42,486 nucleotides of DNA. Source: a virus (taxonomy: Duplodnaviria; Caudoviricetes). Made by a program: the position numbers and the translations under genes. Under the pieces are notes generated by a model. That model made no database searches and was not told the origin of the DNA. It saw nothing but the letters and a program-made list of their open reading frames with translations. The stretch spans positions 1 through 42,486 of IMG/VR virus record IMGVR_UViG_3300010362_000041; one strand, written 5' to 3'. This document shows, piece by piece, positions 1 to 10,188 of this stretch (its first letter is position 1; each line of letters starts with the position of its first letter).

Positions 1-801
1 GCCGCCGGAGGTTACCGGCGTCCCGCCGGTCGGGATGGCGTCCTCCATGTAGATGTCCAGCCCCGGATTTATACTTGCCCGCAGCTTGTATATGCCCGGC
101 ACGCTGCCGCCCGAGTAAATCTTTTGCAGCTCGCTCGCTCCCGCGCCGAGCGAGCCATGCTCGACGGTGAAATCTACAATCGGCGCTCCGAACTGATCAA
201 TCGCCGCCAGTCTCCAATCGCCTTTCAATACGGGAGCGGGGACAGTCTCCGGCGGCGCCGCCGTAAATGGCGGTGTGCCTATAATGAGCCCGCGATAAAT
301 CGCAGGATAGGCGACTGCGGCGCCGAGGCTTGTTCGTGAATGGACCAAATTGTCATTAACGAATAAGCGGAAGCCCGAGGCGATTTCTATTTTGAATCGC
401 ATACCCACGGACACCGGCAGAGGTACATTTGCGAGCATCACGCTAAGCTCGTCGAAGACTTTGACCCGATCAAATTCTACCGACACCTGATATTGCCAAT
501 CCGTTCCGCCTGGCCGATCGAGAAATACAAGGAAGATCAGAGATGCCCCTGCCAGCGGTAGGCAGCTCTGGACCATCGTCCACTCAAGCGAACCCACGCC
601 GCCTACAAGGCGAAAAGCGCCCTCGGCATTGATATTGACACTGACGCCCGGCTGCGAAACTCGGACCGAATAGTCCTGTTGAACCACGCCGAAGCCTGGA
701 TAGATTTTGTGCATGGGCGGAGGCAGCAGGGCGCGCGCCTCGAAGGGAAGCTTGTCATTCGGCAGGACGGGAATTGCCGGTGGATAAACGTCGAAACTCA
801 T
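1..801 (-). CDS. Tail-associated protein, truncated by window edge (>=267 aa; not in ORF track)
   Basis: Manual translation from ATG at 801 (MSFDVYPPAIPVLPNDKLPFEAR...) is open to base 1; starts 2 nt after the tail tip stop; ends in YMEDAIPTGGTP, resembling IYVDDAVPQGAT in the upstream protein. Confidence 0.75.
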   Translation of the reverse strand, partial: MSFDVYPPAIPVLPNDKLPFEARALLPPPMHKIYPGFGVVQQDYSVRVSQPGVSVNINAEGAFRLVGGVGSLEWTMVQSCLPLAGASLIFLVFLDRPGGTDWQYQVSVEFDRVKVFDELSVMLANVPLPVSVGMRFKIEIASGFRLFVNDNLVHSRTSLGAAVAYPAIYRGLIIGTPPFTAAPPETVPAPVLKGDWRLAAIDQFGAPIVDFTVEHGSLGAGASELQKIYSGGSVPGIYKLRASINPGLDIYMEDAIPTGGTPVTSGG

Positions 802-803
802 AT

Positions 804-2864
804 CTATGGTAGCGTCAGCGTTACTTGTCTGGGCCGATGGTACGTATCAACGTCAAGAGACCCTTCGATTTTTTGCAATGTAAACTCGCATTCGTCGGCC
901 GAGTTCTCGGCGCTTCTGACCGTAACTGAGACCACGAGGCATAATTGATAAGTCCAGCCCAAGACAGGATGGGAGACGGTTACGTAATCCCCCTTCAGGA
1001 GATGGATCGATGTCGCATTGCCCACCAGGCTGACGCGAACTGGATTATCGTGCGTAAAGCGCGCGGTGTACTCGGTGATGCGCTGAGCCTGCGAATACGT
1101 CATGCCGCCTAATGCAAGCTCGGTGCGGATCTCGCCCGTTCTACTCTTCGACTCCTCGCGGAGTTGATTCTGAGGAGTATCGTCCGGCGGCTCTACGGCG
1201 CCAGGCTCGAGGAATTCGCTTTCGCTGTTGCGAAATCGGCCGATGAATCTGTTATAGCGCGCTCTAGGCTTCAGCGTAGAGCGTTGAGGCGCGCTCGTAA
1301 TATTGCCTGGGTGAAAGTGATGAACCGGCGAGCGCGGCGTCGGCGGCAGAAAGATTATTTTTTCGCCGTCGTCCGCCCACATAGTAAACGACTGCCCGCA
1401 GGTCGCATCGAGAACTTGCGCCATCGTAGTAGGGCCAGTGAATCCTCCATTAAACTCGGCGCGCGGCGTTAAGACATTTACGCCGTTCCCCTCTCTGTCC
1501 CACGGAATCAATTCTGCGCTGTTTTTTAGCCACTCAACCCAACTTCGCCAGTCGATGCGACGGCGAAACTTGTCCGCCGCAATATCGAGCCGATCGCGGT
1601 ATCGGCGCTGAAAAAAGAACTGGAATCTATCAGCCGCCGCTCGCGCGGGACTGGGCGCGTAGCCGTAATCAATCTCGGCTCCCGTGGCGTCATAGTTATA
1701 CGTCTTCCGACATTCGGCGATGCACTTGAAGCCGTCTGGTCTGTCCTGCGCCGATTGAGTCGTGTTGAGCCGGACGAAAACATTCGCGGCGCCGGAATAG
1801 GCCAATCCGGTCGGAATGCCGAGGAAGGCATGCTCAATCGTTTGCGCGTCGGTCGCTATGACTCCCGGCCGAAAAAGGTACGTCCCGCCAAGAGGGACGC
1901 CAGAGGAATTGTATTTTCCTGCCTGATCCCAGGCCGCGCTCCCGCCGAAACATATGAACGCCATTCCGTTGACCGTCAGGCCGACGAGCCCGACCTGGCT
2001 TGCCGCAATCTGCAACAATACCCATTTACCAGTCGCCGGTAAGGCTCCGGCATTTCGGCGGCCGTCCGTGCCGGGCGTGCCGAAGGGTATCGAGTCCGCG
2101 CCCCAATAAGCTCGATGCTCGGCGTCCGCGCCGACTTGCCATTGCAGCATGACCTCCGTGGGCGGATTCGTCGGATCGAGCCAAACAAAGCAGTAAAGCT
2201 GATCGTTGGCTTGAACCGGCATTGTCTGACTCGCGTTCGAGAACTGGTGAAAATGCGTGCCCGCGATCAAAGGCGCTTGATGGGCGTATTTTCTGGAGTA
2301 GGGGGTAGGATTAGTCGAAATCCAGTTCCAACCATCCAGGCCAGGGATGATCGTGGCGCCTTGCGGTACAGCGTCGTCTACGTAGATTTGATAGTTAAAT
2401 GCCGAGGCCAATTCCTCGCCGAACTGCCATGCCTTGACGATGCGATTAAATTCACCGTGACGGCCGAGGCCGCCCCACCCTTCACCGAGAATGCCGGTAA
2501 AATTATTTCGAGGTAGGCCAACGCCGGGGCCTGGCTCATACAGGTGCGAAACCAGCTTCAGAGCAAATAGTATTTTGCCGTAGAAGATCCCGATCGGGAC
2601 GCCCTCTTCAGTCTCGAAGCGCGCCGCCTGATCCAATTGTTCCAAACTCAATCCGCCCGCCAGAGATTGCGCGATCTCGATCGGCGTCGGTATATGTTGC
2701 GGAACGACGGCGAGGGGCTCGAAGTTAATAAAACGATCGCCGCCTCCGAAATCGATAAGCGATTGGTCCACCTCCGAGCCGCCGTCCAGGAGTAGCTCGC
2801 GGCGCATGTATCGCGGTCCGCCGGCGCGGCGTCGAAGGATCGGAGATTGAAGATCGAAAATCAT
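804..2864 (-). CDS. Tail tip / baseplate hub protein (gpJ / Phage-tail_3-like) with inserted domain
   Basis: Position after TMP and gpL-like gene; GVPIGIFYG start and C-terminal HLLKGDYVTVSHPVLGW...LVVSV motif typical of hub proteins. Confidence 0.75.
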   Translation of the reverse strand: MIFDLQSPILRRRAGGPRYMRRELLLDGGSEVDQSLIDFGGGDRFINFEPLAVVPQHIPTPIEIAQSLAGGLSLEQLDQAARFETEEGVPIGIFYGKILFALKLVSHLYEPGPGVGLPRNNFTGILGEGWGGLGRHGEFNRIVKAWQFGEELASAFNYQIYVDDAVPQGATIIPGLDGWNWISTNPTPYSRKYAHQAPLIAGTHFHQFSNASQTMPVQANDQLYCFVWLDPTNPPTEVMLQWQVGADAEHRAYWGADSIPFGTPGTDGRRNAGALPATGKWVLLQIAASQVGLVGLTVNGMAFICFGGSAAWDQAGKYNSSGVPLGGTYLFRPGVIATDAQTIEHAFLGIPTGLAYSGAANVFVRLNTTQSAQDRPDGFKCIAECRKTYNYDATGAEIDYGYAPSPARAAADRFQFFFQRRYRDRLDIAADKFRRRIDWRSWVEWLKNSAELIPWDREGNGVNVLTPRAEFNGGFTGPTTMAQVLDATCGQSFTMWADDGEKIIFLPPTPRSPVHHFHPGNITSAPQRSTLKPRARYNRFIGRFRNSESEFLEPGAVEPPDDTPQNQLREESKSRTGEIRTELALGGMTYSQAQRITEYTARFTHDNPVRVSLVGNATSIHLLKGDYVTVSHPVLGWTYQLCLVVSVTVRSAENSADECEFTLQKIEGSLDVDTYHRPRQVTLTLP

Positions 2865-3505
2865 TGCGGGATCGTTATCTGAACCTTATTGTCGAGATAT
2901 GGCGCGCCCATATGACGCGCGAACGCATCGGATCCAGGATGGCGAGCTTGACAGGCGGCCAGCGTGCGAGGACAGGTCGGCAAATTGCTTGTAGATCCGC
3001 ACTCGAAGCCCTTGTACGGTTGCGCATGGCAGAGTCTTCGAATATTGCGCGTCGGCCCGACGTCCACATCCGAATAGATGTCCGAGACAATCGTGACGCG
3101 CGCGGCCATCTCGTCGTCGCCTATGTCGTCCACCAAACCTGTCAAAAATACCTTGTGCCATTCATCGCCGCGCTCCAGGTCTTGCCAATAGCGCCCGACT
3201 TTGGCCTCGGCTCCGAAGAGAAATCGCTCCAAATTGGCGAACTCAGTCCCCAGGATCGTATCGACGTTTTGCAGTTCTACGATCGCCGCGTCAGGTTCCG
3301 CAGTAAGACTTGATGTGATCTCGGGCGTTTTTCTCAGGTGGGGCTGCCAGGCTATGCCGTTAAACTTCAACGAGGCCGTAGCGAAGTAATAGCTTTTAGT
3401 CTCGGCGCCGTTGACGATGAACAGTTCCAGCGTGCCGTAAGCCGATATCCGCGAGCCGGGACGGCCGAGCGCTTCCATCAATCCGGGCGGCATGATCCTG
3501 GGCAT
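2861..3505 (-). CDS. Minor tail protein, gpL/DUF2163-like, with C-terminal 4-Cys cluster
   Basis: Follows TMP; C-terminal LCHAQPYKGFEC...TCPRTLAACQARH pattern like the Fe-S-binding gpL family. Confidence 0.7.
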   Translation of the reverse strand: MPRIMPPGLMEALGRPGSRISAYGTLELFIVNGAETKSYYFATASLKFNGIAWQPHLRKTPEITSSLTAEPDAAIVELQNVDTILGTEFANLERFLFGAEAKVGRYWQDLERGDEWHKVFLTGLVDDIGDDEMAARVTIVSDIYSDVDVGPTRNIRRLCHAQPYKGFECGSTSNLPTCPRTLAACQARHPGSDAFARHMGAPYLDNKVQITIPQ

Positions 3506-6500
3506 TACGAGATCCTCTTTCTCTTTCGCGCGACGTTGACCTTGTCGACGATCAAGTTTTCACCGTCTCGGCCGCTCAGTCCGATTCGCGTCATCTGCCT
3601 GGCTTCCTCTTCGCTCGCGACGATACCGGCCTCGATCGTGAGGTTCTGAATTACGATTTGCGGCTGTCCGATACTCGATGCTTGAGCCGTCCCGCCCAAC
3701 TGGAAGGCCTGCGCGCCGCCGACTTGAATCGCCGTCCTCGGGACGCCTGCGCGATCGAAGACGCCTAGATTCGATTGCGCTATTACTGACGCCTGCTGAC
3801 TGCGCGTAAAAACCTTCTCGCCCGAGCGTAGTATCACCAAGACTGAATCTCGGCCGCGATCAATGCCGGGAACTGTCCCGCCGGCGTTGAATTGAGGAAT
3901 AAGCCTCGAGTCTATCGCCGAGAATCGCGCCGCATCGGCTCGGCGCTTTTGCTGAGCCGCGATCTCGGGAACGATAATCGCCTGATAGATTCCCTCTATG
4001 TCGCGCGTTTGATTCTTCAGTCGGCTTTCGACGACCGACTTCGTTTTGAGCGTCTGGATCTGCTGGCGGAATACGCCGAGAATTTGTGTATCGAAGATAG
4101 TTCGCGCCTGAGATCCATCAATCTGATCAGAGGCGATCCCGGCCTTCAGTTGCGCCAATTGATCATGCGCCTGGCGCTGAAACTCGCCGGCGGCTTCTTC
4201 GTCCTTATGGCGCTGTGAGGCTTTGCCGAGCAATAGGCCGCCGATCAATAGAGGCGCGCCGATCAACGCGATCGGCCCTAAAGCCGCCAGCGCGGCCGGA
4301 CCGAGCGCCCCGAGTCCTCCCCCGGCGGCTGAAAATACCGAAGCTCCGAACGATAGCCCCAGTCCCACGGCGCCGCCCCCGATCGCGCCGAGAATCCCGC
4401 CCGCCGTCGAAGGCCCGCCTATGCCGGCGCCGAGGCCTGCGCCCAGGAATGGAGCCGCCGAGGCCAGTCCGCCCAGGAGGCCGCCGAGAGAGAACCCGCC
4501 GCCGGACGCGGCAGCCGTGCTAGCGGCGCCGCCAATGCCGCCTATGCTCCCGCCCCCTGGTAATACACCCGTCAGACCGGCGATTGCGCTCGCAATTGAT
4601 TGCGTCTGCGAGATCGAAGGCGGCGCGTTTATTCCGCCGCCGGCCGCCCCCGCGAAAGCCTGCGCGAAGTTCCCGAAGGTCGAAGGCGTTCGGAAGATAT
4701 TGCCACCGCCGAATATCTCGCCGAGCGAGCCGCCGAGACTGCCGAACAGTCCGCCGAGCGTATTTCTGACCAAGTTTTGCAAGCTCTGGCCTAGCAAATC
4801 GTTGAAAAAGCTCAGTACGGCCTGTTTGAGGCCATTGAACAGGTCTTTGACGTTCCCGAACGCCCGCGAGACGTTGGCGCCGAATCTGTCAAAGGCGTCG
4901 CCGCTGGTCTCGATCTGAGAATTGAAGCCCCTCATGAAGCGCTCGCTATCGGAGACGGAAACGCTCAGCCGATTGAAGAGGTCTATTTCATCGCGCAGAT
5001 CTTCGAGAACATTTGGATCGGCGCCTGCCGCCTGCCGCTTCGAAAAGACGTCTTGCAACTTACCCGCAAACTCTCCGGCGGCACCCTGCCTCAATAATTC
5101 GGCCTCGCCCGGCGTGATCTGGCCGCGGCTCAATGCGTCCTCAATGAAGCGTCCTGAGCGCGTGAACCCGCGGCGCGATGTCCGCTCAAGCACGTTGATC
5201 GCCTCTTCGGCCTCTCTTGCGCGCTTGGCTTCGCCCTCTTGTATAGCCTTGACGATGCCGGTAAAAGCCTGGACTTCATCTTTCTGCCGCTGAATCTCGA
5301 CGCGCGCCAGGTCGGCCATATGCTCGTCAATTCCCTTTTGCGCTTTCGCCAAATCGAACTCGGGAGTCTTCACGAAGGCGGCTGATAGAAGGTCTTTCGG
5401 TGGACGCTTGGCGGCGCGCGCGCGTGTCCTGCCGCCGCCGAGGCTCCCGCCTCCCCCGCCTCCCCCGCCGAAATCGCCGCTCGCTCCCCGGCTACTAGAA
5501 GACAAATTTCTTGTCGCCGAGCCGAGAAACGGCGAATTGCGGACCGCCGCGGCTTCGGCGTCAAGCTCGTCGAATCTGGCGATAGCCGCTCTTTCTGCCG
5601 GCCCTACAGCTTCGAGAGAAAACGGATCATTGAGGATGTCTTGAATCGCGCCCGCCGATCGCGCGAGGAACTTGAATACCCCACTTCGCGCGCCGACCTC
5701 GGCGATCTTGCCGACAAGTTTCCCGACCTCAACGGCCATGGCCGTGATCTCTTTCGCCGTAGCGATGATATCGTTTCGATTTTCTCTAAATACACTGGCC
5801 GCGGAGGCTCCGTATTGCTCGACGGTCTTTACCAGGTCATTAAAGATAGGCAGTAAAACTTTGGCCAACTGCTCGCCGACCGGCGCGAGCGCGACAGTAA
5901 GCCGGTCCTTGAGTTTCTCGAACTGCCCGCCTATGGTCTCGACCGCGTTCTTCAGCGCCGGGTTATTTTCGCCCGCCTTGATAAACTCTTCCGCGAGCCT
6001 CTCGACCGTGGTGATCCCGAGCCGGCGGGCGGCCGTCCTGATCGCCTCGGCGTTCACTGGAGAATCGACGTTGAAGATTTGCTTGACGAGCTGGCCGGCG
6101 ATAGGCGAATTCTCGACAAGCTCTTTCAAGTCTGTTTTTTCAAAATTCCCGCTGATTAACTGCGTCAGGTTTTGTACGAACGTGCTTGGATCGCGCAGCC
6201 CGATCGCGTTGAGTCTGCCGATCACCGGCAGCAGCCTATTGATCGTCTGCTCGGCGACGTTGAAGACGCGGAGCTGCGCGTCGAGCTGGGCGGCGAGATT
6301 CGTCGTCAGCCCCGGCGTCTGTTGCGCGATCTTGAATAGTTCCTGGAATCGCTTCTGAGCCGCCTCCGCGCTCCCCGTAAGAGCCCTGAGGGTACTTACC
6401 TGCCTGTCTACGCTTACCGCCGCGTCTAGCGCCGCGCGCCCGACTCGCTCGAAAAGAGAAACAATGCCGAGGCCGGCGAGTACGCCGAAAGCTCCTGAAA

Positions 6501-6891
6501 TGCCCGCGATGGCCGAACGCAAAGAACTGATCCCGCCGGCGCCGGACTGAATCGCGCGCTCGAGCTTCTGCTGGTGCTCAAGCTCTTTTTGAACTGCGCG
6601 CTCGCGGATCAGATCGAGCTGAGCCTGCTTCCGCCTCTCGATCTCCACGATCCTCGCGGTAGATTGAGCCGAGATCGCCTCGAGCCGGCGCTGATGCGCG
6701 AGTTCTCTGTCTTCGCGAGAACGACGCGTCGTTTCGATGCCCAGGCTGAGCGCATCGCCGATTTTGCGGCCGGCCTCGCGCGCTTTGTTCTGGACCTCGG
6801 GAGAGTTGAGCGCGTTGGTTAGATCCTGCTTTACCTTCTTCGTGCTCTCCCGAACGTCCAGAACTGTTTTGATGACGATCTCTTCGCCCAT
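3505..6891 (-). CDS. Tape measure protein
   Basis: 1128 aa Ala/Gly-rich helical protein; LRALTGSAEAAQKRFQEL tape-measure motif; C-terminal GGTVPG..GRDSV...LRSGEKV motif; follows chaperones. Confidence 0.92.
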   Translation of the reverse strand: MGEEIVIKTVLDVRESTKKVKQDLTNALNSPEVQNKAREAGRKIGDALSLGIETTRRSREDRELAHQRRLEAISAQSTARIVEIERRKQAQLDLIRERAVQKELEHQQKLERAIQSGAGGISSLRSAIAGISGAFGVLAGLGIVSLFERVGRAALDAAVSVDRQVSTLRALTGSAEAAQKRFQELFKIAQQTPGLTTNLAAQLDAQLRVFNVAEQTINRLLPVIGRLNAIGLRDPSTFVQNLTQLISGNFEKTDLKELVENSPIAGQLVKQIFNVDSPVNAEAIRTAARRLGITTVERLAEEFIKAGENNPALKNAVETIGGQFEKLKDRLTVALAPVGEQLAKVLLPIFNDLVKTVEQYGASAASVFRENRNDIIATAKEITAMAVEVGKLVGKIAEVGARSGVFKFLARSAGAIQDILNDPFSLEAVGPAERAAIARFDELDAEAAAVRNSPFLGSATRNLSSSSRGASGDFGGGGGGGGSLGGGRTRARAAKRPPKDLLSAAFVKTPEFDLAKAQKGIDEHMADLARVEIQRQKDEVQAFTGIVKAIQEGEAKRAREAEEAINVLERTSRRGFTRSGRFIEDALSRGQITPGEAELLRQGAAGEFAGKLQDVFSKRQAAGADPNVLEDLRDEIDLFNRLSVSVSDSERFMRGFNSQIETSGDAFDRFGANVSRAFGNVKDLFNGLKQAVLSFFNDLLGQSLQNLVRNTLGGLFGSLGGSLGEIFGGGNIFRTPSTFGNFAQAFAGAAGGGINAPPSISQTQSIASAIAGLTGVLPGGGSIGGIGGAASTAAASGGGFSLGGLLGGLASAAPFLGAGLGAGIGGPSTAGGILGAIGGGAVGLGLSFGASVFSAAGGGLGALGPAALAALGPIALIGAPLLIGGLLLGKASQRHKDEEAAGEFQRQAHDQLAQLKAGIASDQIDGSQARTIFDTQILGVFRQQIQTLKTKSVVESRLKNQTRDIEGIYQAIIVPEIAAQQKRRADAARFSAIDSRLIPQFNAGGTVPGIDRGRDSVLVILRSGEKVFTRSQQASVIAQSNLGVFDRAGVPRTAIQVGGAQAFQLGGTAQASSIGQPQIVIQNLTIEAGIVASEEEARQMTRIGLSGRDGENLIVDKVNVARKRKRIS

Positions 6892-6894
6892 ATT

Positions 6895-7278
6895 TCAACT
6901 GTGGCTCAATCGTTTCAAATGCTCGAATTGCTGCTCTCGATCGGCTTTCTGTTGGGGCTGCTTGGCGCTTTTGTTCTCGCTCGCTCGCCGCGCGGCCTTG
7001 ATGGCGATCAAACAGGCATATTCGAACGGGTCGAGATAGTCCAGGATCGCCGGATAATCGAAGCCTTCACATACGAGGCTGTCTTCGTCCAACTCGTTGG
7101 CGATGTAGATCGCATGTGACAAATGCGCCGGCTCGCGTCCTGGCTTCGTCGGCAGGAACCGGCAGCCGGCGCATATCTGCTCGATCTCCGTATCGGGCTC
7201 GCGCTTCAGGATTCGATAAATCCTGCCCGTCTCCTTCGTCTCGCATCTCTGCTCGCCCGGACAGATCTCGAAGTTCAA
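6895..7278 (-). CDS. Tail assembly chaperone T-like part (Cys-containing; probably made by frameshift)
   Basis: Directly before TMP; TTG start with no SD; frame is -1 relative to upstream gene and open upstream of its stop. Confidence 0.6.
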   Translation of the reverse strand: MNFEICPGEQRCETKETGRIYRILKREPDTEIEQICAGCRFLPTKPGREPAHLSHAIYIANELDEDSLVCEGFDYPAILDYLDPFEYACLIAIKAARRASENKSAKQPQQKADREQQFEHLKRLSHS

Positions 7279-7316
7279 ATCCCGAATCTTGTCGAACCGA
7301 TCGGTGAACCACTCCG

Positions 7317-8123
7317 TCAGCTCGTCGATAAGTCCCGCCGTAAGGCCTCGAAGTTCTCCATCAGCGCCTCGATTGCGCCGAACCTCCAGATCGCATTTAC
7401 CAGGTCCTTGCGGCGCCCGATGTTCAGATCATCACCCGTTACGCCTTCGAGACGATCGAAGATTCTCTCGTACAGATCGAAATAGGGCTTTAGATTCGTA
7501 AAGACCTCGCTCTTCCCTTTCGTAGATCCCGGCTCGAACTGCGTCTCGCGCGATTTGCGCGAGAGGTCGCGGCGATCTCTGTCGCTTGGCTTGTTGAAAA
7601 CGTGCCAGATCGTATACGGCCCGTATATCTGTTTGACGCGATAGATCTGCGCGCCGAGGACGTATCCCTTGCCCTTCGGTCTTTCCACCTCAAATTGCGA
7701 CGCGAACAGGCCGACAATGGCCTCCGATTTATGCTCGACGGGGATCTCGGCGGCCAATTCATCAGAGACGTCTATCCACTGATCCGGATCGAGACCGTTC
7801 CATTCGTAGCCTTTGACCTGGCTCCTGAACTGGTCCCATAGCCAGGCGTTCGCGTCTACGCTGCCGTCGTCGTTCTGATATCGGCTTTTGCTCGCGCCGA
7901 GCCTCTCGGTCTTCTGTGGCGTGCGACGTTGCCTGTCTATGAGCGCGCCGAGCGTCGGCCATTTGATTTTGTGATAAAGAGTCACTCTCTCGTCTTCGCC
8001 GTAAACGACCTCGATCTCGCGGACAATTTCTGACTGCTCAAGCGGAAAGAGCAGCGGCAAGGCTCCGGCCTGAGCCTGGCTTTCGGTAATGAGGTTTTCG
8101 AGTTTTCCGATCGCTTCTGACAT
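7317..8123 (-). CDS. Tail assembly chaperone G-like protein
   Basis: Between tail tube and TMP; AAGGAGG SD before ATG 8123 (MSEAIGK). Confidence 0.6.
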   Translation of the reverse strand: MSEAIGKLENLITESQAQAGALPLLFPLEQSEIVREIEVVYGEDERVTLYHKIKWPTLGALIDRQRRTPQKTERLGASKSRYQNDDGSVDANAWLWDQFRSQVKGYEWNGLDPDQWIDVSDELAAEIPVEHKSEAIVGLFASQFEVERPKGKGYVLGAQIYRVKQIYGPYTIWHVFNKPSDRDRRDLSRKSRETQFEPGSTKGKSEVFTNLKPYFDLYERIFDRLEGVTGDDLNIGRRKDLVNAIWRFGAIEALMENFEALRRDLSTS

Positions 8124-8143
8124 GTGCCTCCTTCTAGGCGCCT

Positions 8144-8464
8144 TCAAAGTTGATCGGCCCGCGACGCGTGAAGGTTTCGCGCCATGTCCTCGCGGCGATC
8201 AACCGAGAGTAAGCGAGCCGATGGTTGCCATTTATCCAGCGGACAGCGCAGATCGCGCATCCGCCATTTCGTTCGCAAGTCTGAAAGCGGCCAGTGCGGA
8301 CATCTGCACTCCAGGCAAAATACGCCGGTCTCCGTCACGTCCAGGCGATTGCAGCCGAGGCAGATCTTCTGCCGGCGATCGTGCTCGACGAGCGGAACGT
8401 CGCCCCATCGAACAAACGACGAGACGGCGCGCAGGAGGCTCCAGGCCTTCTTTAAATACAGCAT
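8144..8464 (-). CDS. Small Cys-rich protein (DUF6171-like)
   Basis: R..IC..C.........C..C.C......K.....CP..KW pattern. Confidence 0.6.
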   Translation of the reverse strand: MLYLKKAWSLLRAVSSFVRWGDVPLVEHDRRQKICLGCNRLDVTETGVFCLECRCPHWPLSDLRTKWRMRDLRCPLDKWQPSARLLSVDRREDMARNLHASRADQL

Positions 8465-8733
8465 CGCTGAGCGACGGCCGCTTCTATGTCCATCGTGAGC
8501 GACTCGTCAGGTCCTATTAAGCCATTGCGCCGAAATATGTCTTCGCGCTCGATGGCGGCCTGAGTAGCGCGGAGGGCGTAAGCCTCGCGTTGCAGGCGCT
8601 TCGCTCGCTCCTCGGGGTTTTCTTCAGCCTGCGCGAGGGGTTCTTCGGCCTGGCCGGCGGCGAGTTCCTGGATAATTGGCGGAGCTTCTTCGATCGGGAT
8701 TTCTACGCCTATTGATTTCTCTGTCTTTGCCAT
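8452..8733 (-). CDS. Hypothetical protein
   Basis: GAGGAG SD; co-oriented in tail operon. Confidence 0.6.
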   Translation of the reverse strand: MAKTEKSIGVEIPIEEAPPIIQELAAGQAEEPLAQAEENPEERAKRLQREAYALRATQAAIEREDIFRRNGLIGPDESLTMDIEAAVAQRCCI

Positions 8734-8739
8734 AACTCC

Positions 8740-10176
8740 TCAATTGAAAAGGGGCGAGACGCCGTCGAGGCCGTTGACAACATCGATGCGCGCGCCGTTC
8801 GTTACCGTGTCGAACTCGGCTGCGAAACTGAAGCGGAAGGCGGCGTATCCGTCTACGTTGTCGCCGCGGACGCCGTTGAATTTTGCCTTCGGGATTACGA
8901 TGCTCAGCTCCTCATAGGTCGGCGCGACGCCGTCGAGCACGGCTCCGCGCGCTCCAAATTTAACGTTTGTGAGCTGGATCGATTTGCACATCTTTTCCCA
9001 CTCAAGGACGCGGCTACCGACCAGATATGTAATTTCGGCCGAGAGGGTGCGACGAGTTCCGCGCACGCTTTTGTTGTTATACGCGCCGAGAGCCGGACCC
9101 ACCGTGACGGCATAATCGCCGGGCGCTTGCTTGGGATCGCCGCCGCATCTGGCGGCAGTAGCGCTATGGTTATTGTTAAGGCCACACGACCAAGCGCGCC
9201 ATCGGCAATCGGTCGCCAAGTCTCTGAGGCCGACGTCGTCCGTGTATTCCAAGAATGGGCGCGGATCGAGACACGCGAAGGCGGGCGGAGCGGGCAGCGT
9301 AAAAAGGCCGGGCGTTGTGATCGTACTGCTCGCCGGAGTAATGCCCGTGCTCGTATCGTTAGTTACCGCGAGGCTCGCCGTCGTATCATTCGCCGCGGTA
9401 TGCCTGGCGGTAAGCGTGATGCTCGTGCTGGCTCCGCCGACGATCCAGAAATCCGAGACGACCGGATCATTCGACAGCGCTGTCCGGGCCTTGCCTGCCC
9501 AAACCGTAGGGGTGTCGGCATTGACTACGCCGAAGATGACGATCCGCGGGCTCTCCTGCATATTCCCGGCGACGACGGTCAGCTTCGCGTTTCCCGTGCC
9601 GCTTACCGTGCCCGCCGCCGTCAGGGTTATGACCTCCTGCGTCCCGATCAGCATCGGGATTCGATGTTTGCCCGACGTAAGAAAACTCGCCGAGATTTGG
9701 AAGTCGTCATCGCCCTGCTGGCTCAGCCCAAAGTCGTTGACGACCGTTCCAGGCCAGAGCGTCGAGGCGCCGCCGGAAATCGTGACGGCGTTGAAAGAGG
9801 GCAGTTGTAAGCCGGCGGTCTTCGGCCTTAAAGGCGCGCTATGCCTGAACGCGACGCCGCCCACGACCACGACAGGCGTGGCCGGCGTTCCGCCGAATGC
9901 GCGCATTCCTATCTTTCCGTAGAGGCGAAAGTTCGCGCGATCGCCAAGCCCGATGCTCGCCCCGACGAAGCGCTTCAAGCATTGGCCTGTCTGGAATTCC
10001 GAGGAAATACCCGCCCGGCCTGCGTCGGTCGAGAATTCAGGCTCGGGGATATAGACCTGCGCGTTTTGCCATCCGGTGCGCTCGTATTGGTTCCCGTTCG
10101 TGAGCGGCGTATTGAACGGGCCTTCACGATCCGAGATGTATAATTCGGCATCTTCGATTACAAAATCATTTGGCAT
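8740..10176 (-). CDS. Major tail tube protein with internal Ig-like/Thr-rich insertion
   Basis: Position after tail terminator; beta-rich; internal GTQEVITLTAAGTVSGTGNAKLTV...ITPASS module. Confidence 0.7.
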   Translation of the reverse strand: MPNDFVIEDAELYISDREGPFNTPLTNGNQYERTGWQNAQVYIPEPEFSTDAGRAGISSEFQTGQCLKRFVGASIGLGDRANFRLYGKIGMRAFGGTPATPVVVVGGVAFRHSAPLRPKTAGLQLPSFNAVTISGGASTLWPGTVVNDFGLSQQGDDDFQISASFLTSGKHRIPMLIGTQEVITLTAAGTVSGTGNAKLTVVAGNMQESPRIVIFGVVNADTPTVWAGKARTALSNDPVVSDFWIVGGASTSITLTARHTAANDTTASLAVTNDTSTGITPASSTITTPGLFTLPAPPAFACLDPRPFLEYTDDVGLRDLATDCRWRAWSCGLNNNHSATAARCGGDPKQAPGDYAVTVGPALGAYNNKSVRGTRRTLSAEITYLVGSRVLEWEKMCKSIQLTNVKFGARGAVLDGVAPTYEELSIVIPKAKFNGVRGDNVDGYAAFRFSFAAEFDTVTNGARIDVVNGLDGVSPLFN

Positions 10177-10188
10177 TGCTTCCTCCGT

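Noticed and set aside
5443-5472. Short tandem repeat in the tape measure gene
   Set aside because: Simply encodes a poly-Gly linker
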